DNA of 64,000 nucleotides from Trichosphaerium sp. ATCC 40318 (lineage: Eukaryota > Protista > Tubulinea): positions 124,001-188,000 of the forward strand of contig JALMLS010000589.1 of assembly GCA_038496445.1 (NCBI GenBank), read 5' to 3'. The stretch's first letter is position 1; each line of letters begins with the position of its first letter. The notes under the pieces were generated by a model. It ran no database searches. It was not told where the DNA came from and saw only the letters and a program-made list of their open reading frames with translations. The position numbers were made by a program, and so were the translations under genes. Shown here piece by piece: positions 11,901 to 24,707 of this stretch.

Positions 11901-14900
11901 GGCTGCATCTTTCACTCCTTCTGTAGCTTGTATTTCTATCTCTAGCTCTATCTCTATTTCTTCTTCGGCGCCTATTGGATGGTGCAGAGAGTTCTCGTTG
12001 GGCTTCTTTGTACTTTTTTTCCATCTCATTAACTTTTTTCATATCCAGGTGGTTTAGCGCCTCCTCTTGATTAGCATCTCCAAAGATATCAGTGCGTTGA
12101 GCTGAAAAGGTTTTAAGTGATGTGACCAGCTGAGATAGAGCTTCTTCTTCTATTTGTGGTGATGGCTGATTGCTTGATAAACGTATAAGAAGGTGTTGCA
12201 TTTCACTACCTATTACTGGCCATTCTACTTGGGAACATTCTTCATTTTTTCTTTTGCGATTAAGACGAAGAGATTCCTTTGTTATCTCATAATCAGCTTG
12301 ATTTTCATAAAATGTATCATTGAATCTATCATTTTGTTCTAAGCTAAAATGAAGCATCTTGAAAGAAAGTCAGGTAATCTTCCGGAAGGAAAAAAAAGAC
12401 CTTTTTCTTCAAAAATTACAATGGTGGACAGTTCGTATCATATTTAAGTGCAGTGAAATGTCTTTGTCAAAAGCCATTTACTACAATGTCAAGGATACAA
12501 CATTGAGATAAAAAACAGTGTACGTACTTGTTTTGCACTTCTAGACATAGATGAGAAGCTACTGCTAGAACCACCAAATCTTTTTTCAAATAACGATAAA
12601 ATAACATTCATTTTCTCTTTTTGCTCATCCAATTCTTTCTCCTTGATAGCGTCTTCTAACTGAAAGTATTCATGCCTATCATAAGGAGTTAAATAACGAC
12701 AAACAGAATCACGTGAAAAGCACGTGCTAGTCCAAAAATAAGACGAACCTCATATTAACTAAAGATTTAGGCGGAGGTACTCTGTGTTTGACGTATTGAT
12801 CAAGAGATTCAAGAACAATCATAGAAGTCAAAGAAGTAACAACGTTGAATTTCTTACTAAGTGAAATAACTTCAGCCTAAAGTAAAGAAGTACAGTAAGT
12901 AAAAAGAGAAACAAAAATGAGATGTGATATTTCTTACTTTCTTCTTTTCATCTTGATCGCTGATTTGTAGTTCCTCAATACGTTTCTGCGCCCAAGTCCT
13001 TTTAAGCGCATCGTTTATTTCACATGGAACCAATTCTTCTAATAAGCACGTCGTTGTATGCTTAACAATACCAGAGACACCATAACTAATCTTAATAGAA
13101 GCATCTACTGGCATTGAACTATCATTAACATTCGTCAACTCTATTTTCCCGGATACAATCATACTATCACCCTCAACAGGAGTACATAAACGCGGTACTA
13201 CTAAAAACACAGTTAGTAAAACAACTAGAAAAAGAGATTATCCACAGTACCGTTAAACAACCTTCCTTGATCGCATTGAATATCCATAATACTGAGAGGT
13301 TTTGTTTTGTTTGAAATTGCATTGTACAACTCATTTACACCGTTGGATGCCGTTGATGTGATAAGCGATCCTCCGCTCTTTTTAGCCCATGTTTTTAATA
13401 AAGTATCATTCACCCTAGCTCCAGTACTGCATATATACGCTGTACGAGCAAACGAAGGAATATAATTGGCTGAACCAAGAGTATTTATACCATCAGTACA
13501 AATGAGAAAAGATGTGTACTTTGTTTTAGTGTCAGAAAGTAACGGCTCAAGGCATTCAAGACATGTTCCTCCCTCGCATGGTTTCGATAAATACTAAGCA
13601 AAGTAAGTAACAATGAAGAAATATAAAGAACACTTGAGGGTGGTTGCTCAACTCCTTTGAAAGCAAAAAAAAAAGATGAAACCCTTTCTCGTACGTTTAG
13701 GACTTCATCGCTGCCACTACATATATGCTTTGCAGATAGTGATGCATTGAATGTATAAACATCAATGTCTCGTAATCCAAGGCGATCTAGGGCAACAGAA
13801 ATAATGCAAAGATCTTTTTCTGTATTGCTTCTACTTCCGGAGTTATCCCAAATTATCGCCAAGTTCATATCTGAATTTTGCATGGAGGTTGATCCTTGTG
13901 ATTTAAATTTGCTTGGTATAAGGTCTTGTATACAGAAATAAAACGATTCATCATTGTTTTCAGCGCTTGCTAACTTAGTACTTTGAAGGGGAACTATGTC
14001 TTTTGTAGAAAGCGAGATATCAATATTGCAACCAGTTAAATCAATGTTTTCCTTTGTATACGCATAAGCTTGCTTATCATCTCCTTGTTTAGAAAACTGT
14101 GACGTTATTTTATCTCTCTTAGAGGTAAAAGAGATACGTGGATGCTTCTTGGTCAAAGGGATGTGGAATAGTGTAGCAGACAAGTTAAACTTTGGTACAA
14201 TACCAGAAATAGGGATTGGTAACGACCATGTCGCTTTATATTTCTTTGTACCTACATAACGCATTAGTATAGTACTATACTATTGTAATTAGACGTCATT
14301 AAAAAAAATCAGAAAGTAGTAAGAACGGAAAGTTACAATCAACAAAATTCAATGAAAAAAACGTTTCCAAAATTTTTCTGACACCAACAATTACAACGTA
14401 CTCTCTTTGTATCCCACGGTATTTGATATTGTCAATTGTATTGTACGTTCTGCACGTGCTTTTGTTTTATTGATTTTAGTCTTAAAAACGTTACCCACTA
14501 CCTTGTCAACAAGTGCAGCTTGAGTTTTGTTGAAAGAATGTGTTTCGGTTTCAAATGCCTTTCGCGCTTTCTCTTTTTCTACTACTACAGCATCTACGAG
14601 GGTACCGTTTATATCCACGGCGTATCTGACCACTTCTGCACCTGTTGTTGAAGCGTTAACGACAAATGGTGTAAAACGTATCTATTGCTTGTAAATGTAG
14701 TCACATACCTACAACTAGCGGAAATTCGAGCTCTGCTTCAACAATTGGCTCGTTACTGTCGTTAATAAAAACAAGTTCAACGTTCGTTTCTAAAACGCTC
14801 GTCAGAAGTATAACTACGTACAAATAGCGTTACCAGCCAAGAATGAGTCTATTGTAACTTGTACAGAACACGACACGCATTTGAGTTTGCGTGTTGTACT

Positions 14901-14927
14901 ACAACAAACCAAAGAGACGTTGCTCAT
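8907..14927 (-). CDS. VIT + vWA-like + RS/RGG/FG/CTD-heptad disordered region + TPR-like + DUF2135 (YfaP-like) protein
   Basis: VIT: [26 protein letters not shown]...GNVFKTKI. vWA-like: [11 protein letters not shown]. Post-vWA helix: [11 protein letters not shown]...[26 protein letters not shown]-terminus: [16 protein letters not shown]...[25 protein letters not shown]...[26 protein letters not shown]. The join across 12358-12527 is the least certain part. Confidence 0.8.
10354..10668 (-). repeat. 15 in-register RNA Pol II CTD-like heptads (YSPxSPx)
   Basis: [105 protein letters not shown] in ORF 9847..10731. Confidence 0.97.
11360..11460 (-). repeat. RGG box encoded by a 12-nt tandem repeat
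   Basis: ccacctcctcgg / ccacctcgacca units translate to [34 protein letters not shown]. Confidence 0.95.
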
Positions 14928-15334
14928 ATGGTATGTGACACTTGTACTGACTAAATGAACGGAAAGTGCTTCGAAAATTCGGCTTAAGTTACTCGCTTAA
15001 CTCAACGTGTCGCTTCGTTGTATTACCTAATAGCAGCTTCCTTGCTTCGGTTTCTGTGATTAACGCTTGTTTTAAGGTGCCTAAAACCCGTGGGGTTAAC
15101 GCAAGTGTAGAGTTTTGATAGGATAGCGGTTAGTGACTCCCAGAGCGTATTAATCGCGTTTTTAAGCGTTAAACTGAACACATGCCAAATATATTAAGTT
15201 TGTGCGTATATTCTCGATGAGAAAAGACGTAAAAGCGTAACGAACGCTCACATCGCCTGAACCAAGAATGCCAAAAGGGTTTTGTCAAGTCATTCTAATT
15301 CTAGCAATTTAATCATTTTTGCTCAATCTGCGCA

Positions 15335-17151
15335 ATGAGCGTTTTGCGTGAGCGGATCCCGAACGCACAAGACAGTGACGGCGATATTGAGGCCGTTGAG
15401 ATACAAAAGCAGGCTCCAGTTAGCAGGTAAACAGTTTTGTGTTTATTAGTACTAATATTACTTAGAGATGATCTCAAGAGATTTGTAGCATTGTTCTTAG
15501 GCTTTATAGTCATTGTAATTGTAATAGCACGGATATGGCCTCTTAGCGCAGCCGAACCTGTAGAAATAGCCAAAGAAACAATGATAGATAACGAGATTGT
15601 TGTTGGGATACTTACTGGTGGAAGGTACAATTGCAACGTTGACATTAATATTCATGCGTAAATAAGGTTATTTCCTAAGCGTAAGGACCTTTTAAAAAAT
15701 ACGTGGATGCGTCATTGGCCTCAAAGCTCAGTAGTAGTTGTAAGGTACGTAAAAACAACAAAGACCATAATATAGACGCCTGGAGATACAATTCCGCGCT
15801 TTTAGAGCGTAATAAAAACGATCATCATTAATTCTTTTCCACAGTGACGGTTTTCCGCACGGTGAGGACCTAGAAGATATAGATTATGTTGTAGCTACAG
15901 ACGACAATGGAAAACCATGGTAAGAGAGAGTCTCACGTTGCAATATTCCTTTATTACAAACCAATGTTTTGACACTTTTGAACGACTGTTTGTAACTCTT
16001 CAACGGCGTCAAAACTAAATTTAATACAGTGGTGATCGTAAAGGAGATCTTTGCTGTAAAGATATATGGCTTTATAAGCATTACTATGAAGATCCAAAGT
16101 ATAAGAATGCGTGAGTCTCTTTTCCTTTCTTATTGTCGTTACAGTCAAGTTATCAAAATTTTTTGCTCCCTTCCGGCGCTTTCATGTAGTGTGGTGTGTA
16201 TTGGAGCAGTCTAAGCAAAAAAATAACCGGTAAAATAGCTAGGGATAATCATTTTGATAACTTGAGTGCAACGGACAATTTTAAACCCCAAAAATTCTTG
16301 GTTGTATATTGATTTTTCTCTTTGTTAGAAAATGGTTTCTTCGTGTTGTAGATGATACCTGGGTGTTTAAACCAAACCTTATAAAATTCTTGGAGTCTAA
16401 GGATCCAAATGAAGTCCATTATATTGGTACGAATCGAAGTTCAATTGCTAATTTTATTTATTTTTTTCCTGCTTACTTATGAGTTTTAAAAAGGACAGCG
16501 TATGTGTTGGGAGTATGAAAGAGGTACAGCCAAACTAGGTAAATACCATCGAGAACCAGTTGATATGAAGAATGAGACATGGGAACTCGTTTGCTATGCT
16601 GATGGCGGTGCTGGTTAGTTTTTATTTTGTTCATTTTTTTCGAAGAAGAAAAGTTTGGTCGTGTTAAACTAATTGTAGTATTGTTTAGGTTGGATCATTA
16701 GCCGTAAGGTGCTTGAAGATATTAATAACAATTGGGAGAAATTCCATTATGTATGCAAACTACGTACTTGGGATGATGTCGTGTTTGGTAAGTGGCCAGA
16801 ATGTACTCAGTATACTTTTCTGGGGTTTTTTTTTGCAACTTAACTAATGCGATTACTCACGTTTTGTGTATAGGATGGCTTATGCAATTATTGTATAATG
16901 ATGATATAAGACTATGTGAATACCCTGGTCAAATGGCAATTACACAAAACGCACCAGATTTGAAACAGTGGAAGAAACCTCAGTACTTTTGTGCAAATAG
17001 GGATAAACCACTTTTATGGCATCACCCTCATCAAGGACAGAATAAGCGTCCAAAGCATGATATGGTTGAGACTGAGGCGCTATTTCATGATGAAGAAATG
17101 TATAATCATTGTAAGACATTAGATCGAGCAAGAGGCAAAAAATCAGCTTAG
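15335..17151 (+). CDS. type II membrane GT31 (fringe / core-1 beta-1,3-galactosyltransferase-like) glycosyltransferase
   Basis: TM FVALFLGFIVIVIVIA; spliced motifs KNTW, KWFLRVVDDTWVFKPNLIKFLESKDPNEVHYIG, YADGGAGWIISR, DDVVFG. Confidence 0.85.
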
Positions 17152-17572
17152 ATCACGTGGTACCAACTGAAAACCGTTTTTTTGGTTGCTACAAATAACA
17201 AAAAGAAAAAAAGTCAATAAAAATCTTTAAATTACAAAAATCGACAGTTTCGCTATTTAAGGATTATAAGGCAGTTTTTCAAGGTGTTGTGTTAGTGTAC
17301 GATGTGTTTTTTTGTTTGTTTATTACGTTTATGTGTTTTCTGATGTTATTTGTAGTGTTTTTATGTCACAATACGATTTAAATGCTTCTAGTATAATCAA
17401 CTTACCTGTATTGGCTTTAACCGCCATATTTTCTTTTTTACCAGCTCGTGATGCGTATGAGTGCGTTTTCGTTTGTAAATGTGCGTTATATTACCAAACC
17501 GAGTCGATTTAGTCGTTTTGGCAGCTATTAAAACATAATAGCTTGGAGCTGGCTTGCTGATGATAACAGCGT

Positions 17573-19163
17573 ATGGAAACAAATATACGCAGCGGAAATA
17601 GGCTTTGCAGACCCTTTGCTGTCTTACCAGCTCACCACAAACCCAGGTCGGTTCAAAAAAGTAAAAGCAATCAACGACTTACTTTTGCACTACAGAGTCA
17701 CAACGGTGGGCAGAGTTAACACAACGATCAGTTTGTAAGCGTTTATAATATTTTTACTGACACGTCGCGATGAAAGAATAATTTGTTTTATAGCCACCAG
17801 AGATGCTTGGTGTAAAGTATGGACTGATGGAAAGAGAGCTCGCTCAGAGCCTCTCCCTTCGTTGAAATTCGAAACTGTTTATCCATGCTCTGGATATGAC
17901 AATAAAGGATTGATCTATGTTGTTGGTGGTAGAACAACAGCGACTAGTACGTGATACTAATTTTTGAAAAAAAAATGTTGTCAATTATTTGACGTTTGCT
18001 AACACGTGAATTTTTGTAGCTCATCCGCGTCCGCTTTTTCAAGTATATGATACGAATACTGGGCAATTACTGTCACGTACAATAAATGAACTTATAGAGG
18101 GGAAATGAAGTTAACATACCTTTAGGCAATCCAAAGGAATTTGCACCTGTTTGTGTCTATGCAGGTGTTAATTGTGTCTCTTTGCCTCATAAGCGAAAGT
18201 TGCTTTTTATTGGTGGTCAAGACTTATCACGTGGGCCTCATAAGTTATCTAATGATGTATATATGTTTGATACAGATAATTGGACATGGACGACTATACA
18301 AACCAACGGAGACACATTTAAACATAGGTATGCGTTTAACCTTCTTTTTGCTAAATCCTTGACTTTCATCCAAGAGCATGGTCTTCCTCGACATTAGTTG
18401 GTAATGAAGTCTGGGTATTTGGAGGAGGTATGCTATGTTACTTGAATGTGCTTTAAACGAATATTAGGTGGATTCTCTCCTGACTGGAATCAACAGTGCT
18501 TGTACAACGAACTATCCGTGCTTAATTTAGACACTATGACTTGGAGAATTATTGAAACAAAGTACGTTTTGCGTCACTCCTTTCAACCTCTTCACTATCT
18601 GACACCATTTTTTAATTATAGAGGAGATCCACCTGCACCAAGAGCTGGTCATACAGCAGGATTTGATGGTGTTGAGAATCTTATAATCTGTGCTGGAGGA
18701 AATCTAGGAGGTTCAGAAATCTGGAGTAATACTTATTATTTCAACACGCGAACATTGACGTGGAAGAAAGTAGTTATACCTTCTGTATCTTATAATCCTC
18801 CTGCAGTTGGTAGCGCAGGTGGTCACGTGTTTCCAGGTGGTTACTATGTAACACTATGCGGGTGGCTTGGTCTTGGTAATTTGGGGAATTATGGTCTTCA
18901 TCCTCGTATGGAGGTATTTGATATGCGTAATAATCAATGGAAAGCATGTATAGGACCATTGGAGGAACCAATGTACGCTTTTTTTAAAACACGTGATTTT
19001 TTTGAAAGAGTTAATTTGGTTCGTTTCTCGAAGGCTTTTTTTCGCTTATAGTATTATTAGGAGTTCTTTTACGTCTTGCCTTTACCGGGGACGATGGTAT
19101 GTATTTGGAGGATCTACTGATTGCGAACAGCTTTCTCGTTTTGCGTGTTATTTAACACCATAG
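17573..19163 (+). CDS. kelch-repeat beta-propeller protein
   Basis: Repeats IYVVGG, LLFIGG...NDVYMFDTDNWTW, VWVFGG...LNLDTMTW, GDPPAPRAGHTA...FNTRTLTW, WYVFGG. Confidence 0.9.
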
Positions 19164-19404
19164 CTACGTAAACATATTTTCTTTGTACATAAAAAAAAAG
19201 TTACATTACATATTTTTTTTTGTCTTTTTCGCTTTGTTTTGGTGTTGATAATCAAAAGGTTTTATTTGTTTTTTATCTTGGTATATTTTATATATCAGGA
19301 GAAAATATAGGTAGATGGCAGTTTATTTTGTTATTTTGGGGTATGTACATTCTTTTTTTTTCAAACAAACTGCGTTACTAAAAATACAACTTGGTTTTTT
19401 TTTC

Positions 19405-20430
19405 TTATCCTTGAGATTCTCCTTCTTCTATGGTAAGCAAACGACGTTGTTTTCCAATTAAAATATCGAAATGTTCTAGAGTATCTCTTCTGGATAGTTC
19501 CTGTTGAATACCTTCAGGCCAAGAGCCTTCAAGGCTATCTACAAACTCAGGGAATATTTCATACTGAAGTTGTTTTTTAACTTCTGCACGTGCTTCTAAA
19601 AAAAAAAAAGTAAATACCGCGTTCAGGAATTTACATAAATTCAAAAGGAAAGTTTCGTACCATCGAAAAGATCCTTATCAAAGCTGTTAGAACTTGTTGG
19701 TGATGCTATTTTTTCTATTATTGCCTAATAATAGCGTCAAAAAGATGAAAAAATTTATATATCCAAAACGTACCTCTCTTGCTAATCCTGTTATATTTAC
19801 AACACAACCGTCGTCTTCAGGAGCTATATACAATGACAATATGCGTTCCGCTCGTAATTGACGGGCTCTTGAGCTATCTGTTTTTCTGTACAGTTCTATA
19901 ACAAAAACGTAAGTTTGGAGTCAAAAAATTTTGAATTTGAAAACTCTATTATAACTGCAACACGTGTTGCTGTTGTGGCAACGCAAACGGTCAAAAAAAA
20001 AAGCCCAAAACTAATTAAGAGTATCGTACCTGCTTCAACTAGGAACGAGAGACTTTCGCTAACGTATCGTTTATAGCAGAAATCGCGAAATCCAACAAAA
20101 ACTGTATCATCTTCTCCGCCAAAAACATCTTCCCACTCAGGGTCTCCAACCTTATTCTTTAGGCCAATGGTGATAGCAGCAGGCGCGGAGCTAACAAAAA
20201 TAAGCAACTGGATAAAAACTTTGTAGAGGTAAAAAAAGATCCGTACAGTCGCCTGACTTTCTTCAATTGTACATTATCCTCTCGTAGAGACTGGTAAGGT
20301 TTATTACGACCTCGAGCACTCTTTCTTCTAGCTCTCTTTGAAATAGAACCTAATAACAATGGTCAACAGGAGGAGAACTATTACAACTAATAAAAAGTGT
20401 ATGCTCACGTGCTATTTTTCCCAGCTTCAT
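19405..20430 (-). CDS. RGS-domain protein (regulator of G-protein signalling)
   Basis: Spliced GFRDFCYKRYVSESLSFLVEAELYR...AERILSLYI...VVNIT...DLFDEARAEVKKQLQYEIFPEF; start codon is tentative. Confidence 0.85.
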
Positions 20431-21938
20431 TGCGTGTTTATGTCGTTTGTTGATGTTATAATGATTTATTAACGTGCCGCTAAACCGGAGATTATTGTGC
20501 AGTTTTTGTTACATAGAGTAATAACACAAACACACGTGTGTACGTCTGATTCCTGCGATCCCGAAACGCCTGTTATCATAACGAATTAGCTAAAAACTAG
20601 CAAAATTCTCCGTTTTGAATTCCTTGGGGTATGAGTCTTAGGTTCCTTGGCATTTTTTCTATTGTAAAAGTCTTTTTGAGGTTTGGTTTAAAATCAGACT
20701 TGATGTCTCGGATTCTGCAGTGTAATTCTTCTGACGTATGTGACACCCGTCTTTAAGATGTTTTAAATCGAGGACGTAAGCGGAAAAAATAATTGCGGAC
20801 ACGTGCGCAGAAAGTTAGTTTTAGAAATAGAACTGTAAAAGTTTATTACGAGACATATCACAAAACAATTGGAATAATATACCACCCTGTGTGAACGATT
20901 TTGAATATTTACAATAAACTAATTGCTTTGTTCTGTCAGTAACAAAAGAAAACTGCTAATTGTCCGTTTCGGATAGTTGTGTTGGAGACATTCAATATTT
21001 GTTGTGTAGTTTTTAATAAATAAGCTCTAAAAGTCTCCCGGCATGAACTACTAGCTAGTAAACTGGATTCTACCCAAGTTATGATTAGAGAAGTGATAAT
21101 TTCTTCGAAGTATATTGCTGGTAGTCCTCCATTGGTTACGGTTTGCTTCAAAGCAAACTCAGGATGGTTTATCCGAGTTGTTCAGAATTTGAAACTGTAA
21201 ATTGTTTACTATGCTATGTATATCATCAAATGTTGTGCAAACCTATGAGCAGCACTCACAGCATTATAGCATGTTAACATCCATGTGAGCCTTGAAGTTG
21301 GCCATTGTGTCTGGAAACAACAGCCTCAATTTAATATTTAACCTGTTCGAAACCTAGACAGTGACAGCACATTGAACAGGAATTGGAGATAAAATTTCAC
21401 AAAGCTTCGACAATCTATGTTACATCCGTTAACAGTAACGCAAAGGTAAATTGAAATATCTATGATGCTAGTTGAGCTTTTCCGAGGAGTACTTTTGGAC
21501 TTTAATACGAGAACTAATTACGCTTTGATCTTGTATTTCTTTCCATAATACCTTTTGAAAATTAAACGCAAGTCCACGTTACATTCACACTTAGTGTTCA
21601 AAGAAACTGGTTGCTGTTGAGGCCTCCTTGGCAGATACTAAACTCTCTATGTTGGATAACCAGACATTCTACTTAATAAGAGCCGACTACTGGCTCAGAG
21701 CCACGAGTTCAGAAAGGAATTGTAACAGTTGCTAAATATTATCAGAAAAATACTTGCTTTTGTAATGGTACTCATCTAATGAACCAAAATACCCTACATA
21801 CTACACGGAATAGGTAGTTTGTAAACACATTTTAAGCACACGTGACCCAGCTTTAAGTGTCAAAGTGAAACTGTAATTCAAGGTTGTTTTTTTTTTCGGA
21901 TTTCAGAAAAGTTCTAAACTGTTTTCAAACAAGGTAAA

Positions 21939-22895
21939 ATGACAACTAAGCGCATCACACGTGTTAACACTCTTATCTCGGAAGCCAAAGAGTTGTTTTC
22001 GCTGCCTATAGAGATACTACAGAGTATTATCGTCAATAACGGCCTTTCATGGCAAGATTTAGCTTCTCTACAACAATCAAACCATTTTATGGATGATGTG
22101 ATACGACACGACTCAGATTACATTTATCGACAATTGTACCATCAGAAATGGGGAACTGACGCCGAAGAAATAGAGTCTACTGTCCACCAACATGTTGTGA
22201 GAGATTTCCAATATCAACAGTCCATTGTCCCCAGTTACATGCTAGTAAGTAATCAAATGATGCCATCAACAATGTACAATGTTAAACCAGTCACGTGGAA
22301 AGAGAAGTATCAAAACAAACTTGTTCCAAACGTCATCGCAGAGTTAAGTTGTGACACGAAACATGTTTACAAAGGACAAACAGTAACATTCACACTAACA
22401 CTTGAGAATATTGGTAAAACAGAAGAGATGGTATACCTTGGTAGTGCACCAAGTGTTGATGAATATCATTTTATTGAAGGTGGTGGTGCTGTTTATATTT
22501 GGAAACCTCTTGTCAGCAATCCAGATGGGTTGCTCAACAATTACAAGATCAAACACTACCTACCTGGATCTTTTGATGCGGAAACACTTGACTTTAATCA
22601 TAAACTGAAACCAGGAGATAGACATACTTTTCAAATACCATTACTGTTTGACAAATATAAGCCAAGAGGATATGGATATCCTCAGGCATCTTATGGTACA
22701 CTATCTCTTCAGGGCAAAACCTCTGAAGTTTACGTTGCTTGCAATGAAACACCAGATGTGTTTCCTCTTCAAGTATTTGTAAATGTCTTTACTTTGAGGG
22801 AGCCACAAAAAGGTCCTTTTGGTACTATTTTTGGACATTGTTCAGTAGTTACAAGCAATGTTGTAAACCTTACAATGTACAAGACATCAAAATAA
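21939..22895 (+). CDS. intronless F-box protein with an uncharacterised beta-rich C-terminal domain (family A)
   Basis: LFSLPIEILQSIIVNNGLSWQDLASLQQSNHF...TWKEKY; clear paralog of 48922..49770. Confidence 0.85.
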   Translation: MTTKRITRVNTLISEAKELFSLPIEILQSIIVNNGLSWQDLASLQQSNHFMDDVIRHDSDYIYRQLYHQKWGTDAEEIESTVHQHVVRDFQYQQSIVPSYMLVSNQMMPSTMYNVKPVTWKEKYQNKLVPNVIAELSCDTKHVYKGQTVTFTLTLENIGKTEEMVYLGSAPSVDEYHFIEGGGAVYIWKPLVSNPDGLLNNYKIKHYLPGSFDAETLDFNHKLKPGDRHTFQIPLLFDKYKPRGYGYPQASYGTLSLQGKTSEVYVACNETPDVFPLQVFVNVFTLREPQKGPFGTIFGHCSVVTSNVVNLTMYKTSK

Positions 22896-22984
22896 ATGTT
22901 TTTCAACCGTTACAACAATACTGGCTTTGAATGTTGTACAAACGTTCCAAAGACCTTACTGGCTCTTCAGTAACATGAAAGCAT

Positions 22985-23065
22985 AGCTCTGAAAGGTGTT
23001 GAAGTCGTATTGACCTCTATGCCGTGAATGCACTAGATGAAGGTATTAAAGCATTTCAAGGGTAA
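22985..23065 (+). pseudogene. decayed LRR remnant
   Basis: CTGAAAGGTGTT...ATTGACCTC...GATGAAGGTATTAAAGCATTTCAAGGG matches LKGV..IDL...DEGIKA..G of the LRR family. Confidence 0.45.
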
Positions 23066-23156
23066 AAATCGTGAGGCACACTGAAGTTAAGTCTCAGTAG
23101 TATTCTGACTTATTACATTCCTAATTTGCTTATTCCGCAAGTACACACAACCAAAT

Positions 23157-24564
23157 ATGGCAATACTTCAAAAAAAGCATGGTTCTTTACCTATAATACT
23201 AGTTGCCATACTGTTTAGCACAGGTGTGCTGAGCCAAGTAAACTACGCAGACGCTCTACAAAATTGCACAGATCGGTACTAGCGCTTTCATTACTCGATA
23301 ATACGCGTTGATATTGCTTCTAGAGGGCTTGTATTACCGTCAGCAAGGACAGTTCAGCAGTACAACGAATTATTCGCTGCAGCGAGGTCCAATAAGGTAT
23401 GGCTGTTCGCAGAGCGTATAGGTAGCGCGAATTACCCACAAGGAGGATGTGATTCGTGTAAACAAGGTGGGGACTGTACAATATGCCAACAAGCCTTATC
23501 AGACTTTGTATGGCTAGCAAACAATCAGAGTATACTCGAAACACAGCTGTTTCTTGAAGGGGCAAGTGGAAACTTGACGCTTTTTTTACTTTCGTATTTC
23601 GCGTCTAGCGAGCCTTCCCTACAATTTGTTGGAATACAAGAAACGTGTCTTGAACTATGGGGTTCAGGTAAGCGAGCTACAAGCTCACCACAAGGATTTT
23701 GATTGACTTTTCTTTGCCAATTTTCCAAGCTCAAATGTTTCTTTGGTAGGGTTTAATGACATAAGATGTACGATAGATGATGCTGTTCCTTTATGTGAAC
23801 CTTTACCGCCTACTACCATACCACCTACTACTTTACCGCCTACTACCACACCACCTACAACTAGTTCACCTACACCAGCACCTAGTACTTTAGCACCAGT
23901 TACAAATGGAACTACAGTAATTATTGGTACCTTTGAAGTTATCGGGCCAACGGTTATTACAACAGGTGAACGTGAAAAAAAGTGTAAGAAAAGTTTGTAC
24001 TTACCTATTTCTTGCAGATGTTGTGTTCGTGAATACGACTTTAAGTTTTGTTGGTATCAACTCTACTATTTCAATCCAAGGATGTCCATCGTTTGGTGAT
24101 AACGTCACCATAAATATCACACAAGCAGCGGAGGTACCAAATAAAAATAAAAAAAACAAGGCACGTGTCAGCTAACACTTCTTTAGAAAACACTTGAAAT
24201 TTTACAATTCCCAGAATCTTGTAGTGTCAATGTAGAAACTATTACACTCTCCGAACCATCTGCATGTTTAAAAACAGGTGAGCCATTCTTAATAGTTAAC
24301 TAGCTAGAAGGTGGCGTGGCACTAATCCTGATTTTAGATACGCCAGGGAAACTTATAGTTCTTGTTGGAGCAAGTTGTGTTCTTGATGCAAACAACAACA
24401 GAAGCTTTCCAATTATTCCAGTAGTTGTTGCAGGAGTGGTGCTACTGGTAATATTACTTCTTGTAATCACAGCCATCATTCCACCTCTACGTAGAGCAGT
24501 TTTTCCTTACCACTGTTGTTCAACAAACAAACGAGTCTTTGCATATCAACAAGAAGACAATTAA
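23157..24564 (+). CDS. type I membrane protein with C-type lectin-like domain and short PT stalk
   Basis: Signal peptide; NYADALQNCTDRGLVLPSAR...KVWLFAER...FVWL...FASSEPS...ETCLELWGSGFNDIRC...PLCE; PPTT stalk; TM IIPVVVAGVVLLVILLLVITAII. The lectin exon is absent from the ORF track and was translated by hand. Confidence 0.75.
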
Positions 24565-24707
24565 AATTGTAACGTTGTTTGAGTGTACTCTAAACAATTT
24601 CAGATAATTCTTGCCTCACAATAGAGAAAGAAAAAAATGTAAAAACCAGGTCATTTAATAAATTGTCGAAAAGAAAAAACAAAGGAATTTATTGCTGCTA
24701 CAAGGTT

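Noticed and set aside
20600-21900. Possible gene or element in this 1.3-kb intergenic stretch
   Set aside because: Only a short TTG-initiated ORF; no coherent exon chain, terminal repeats or motifs found by eye.
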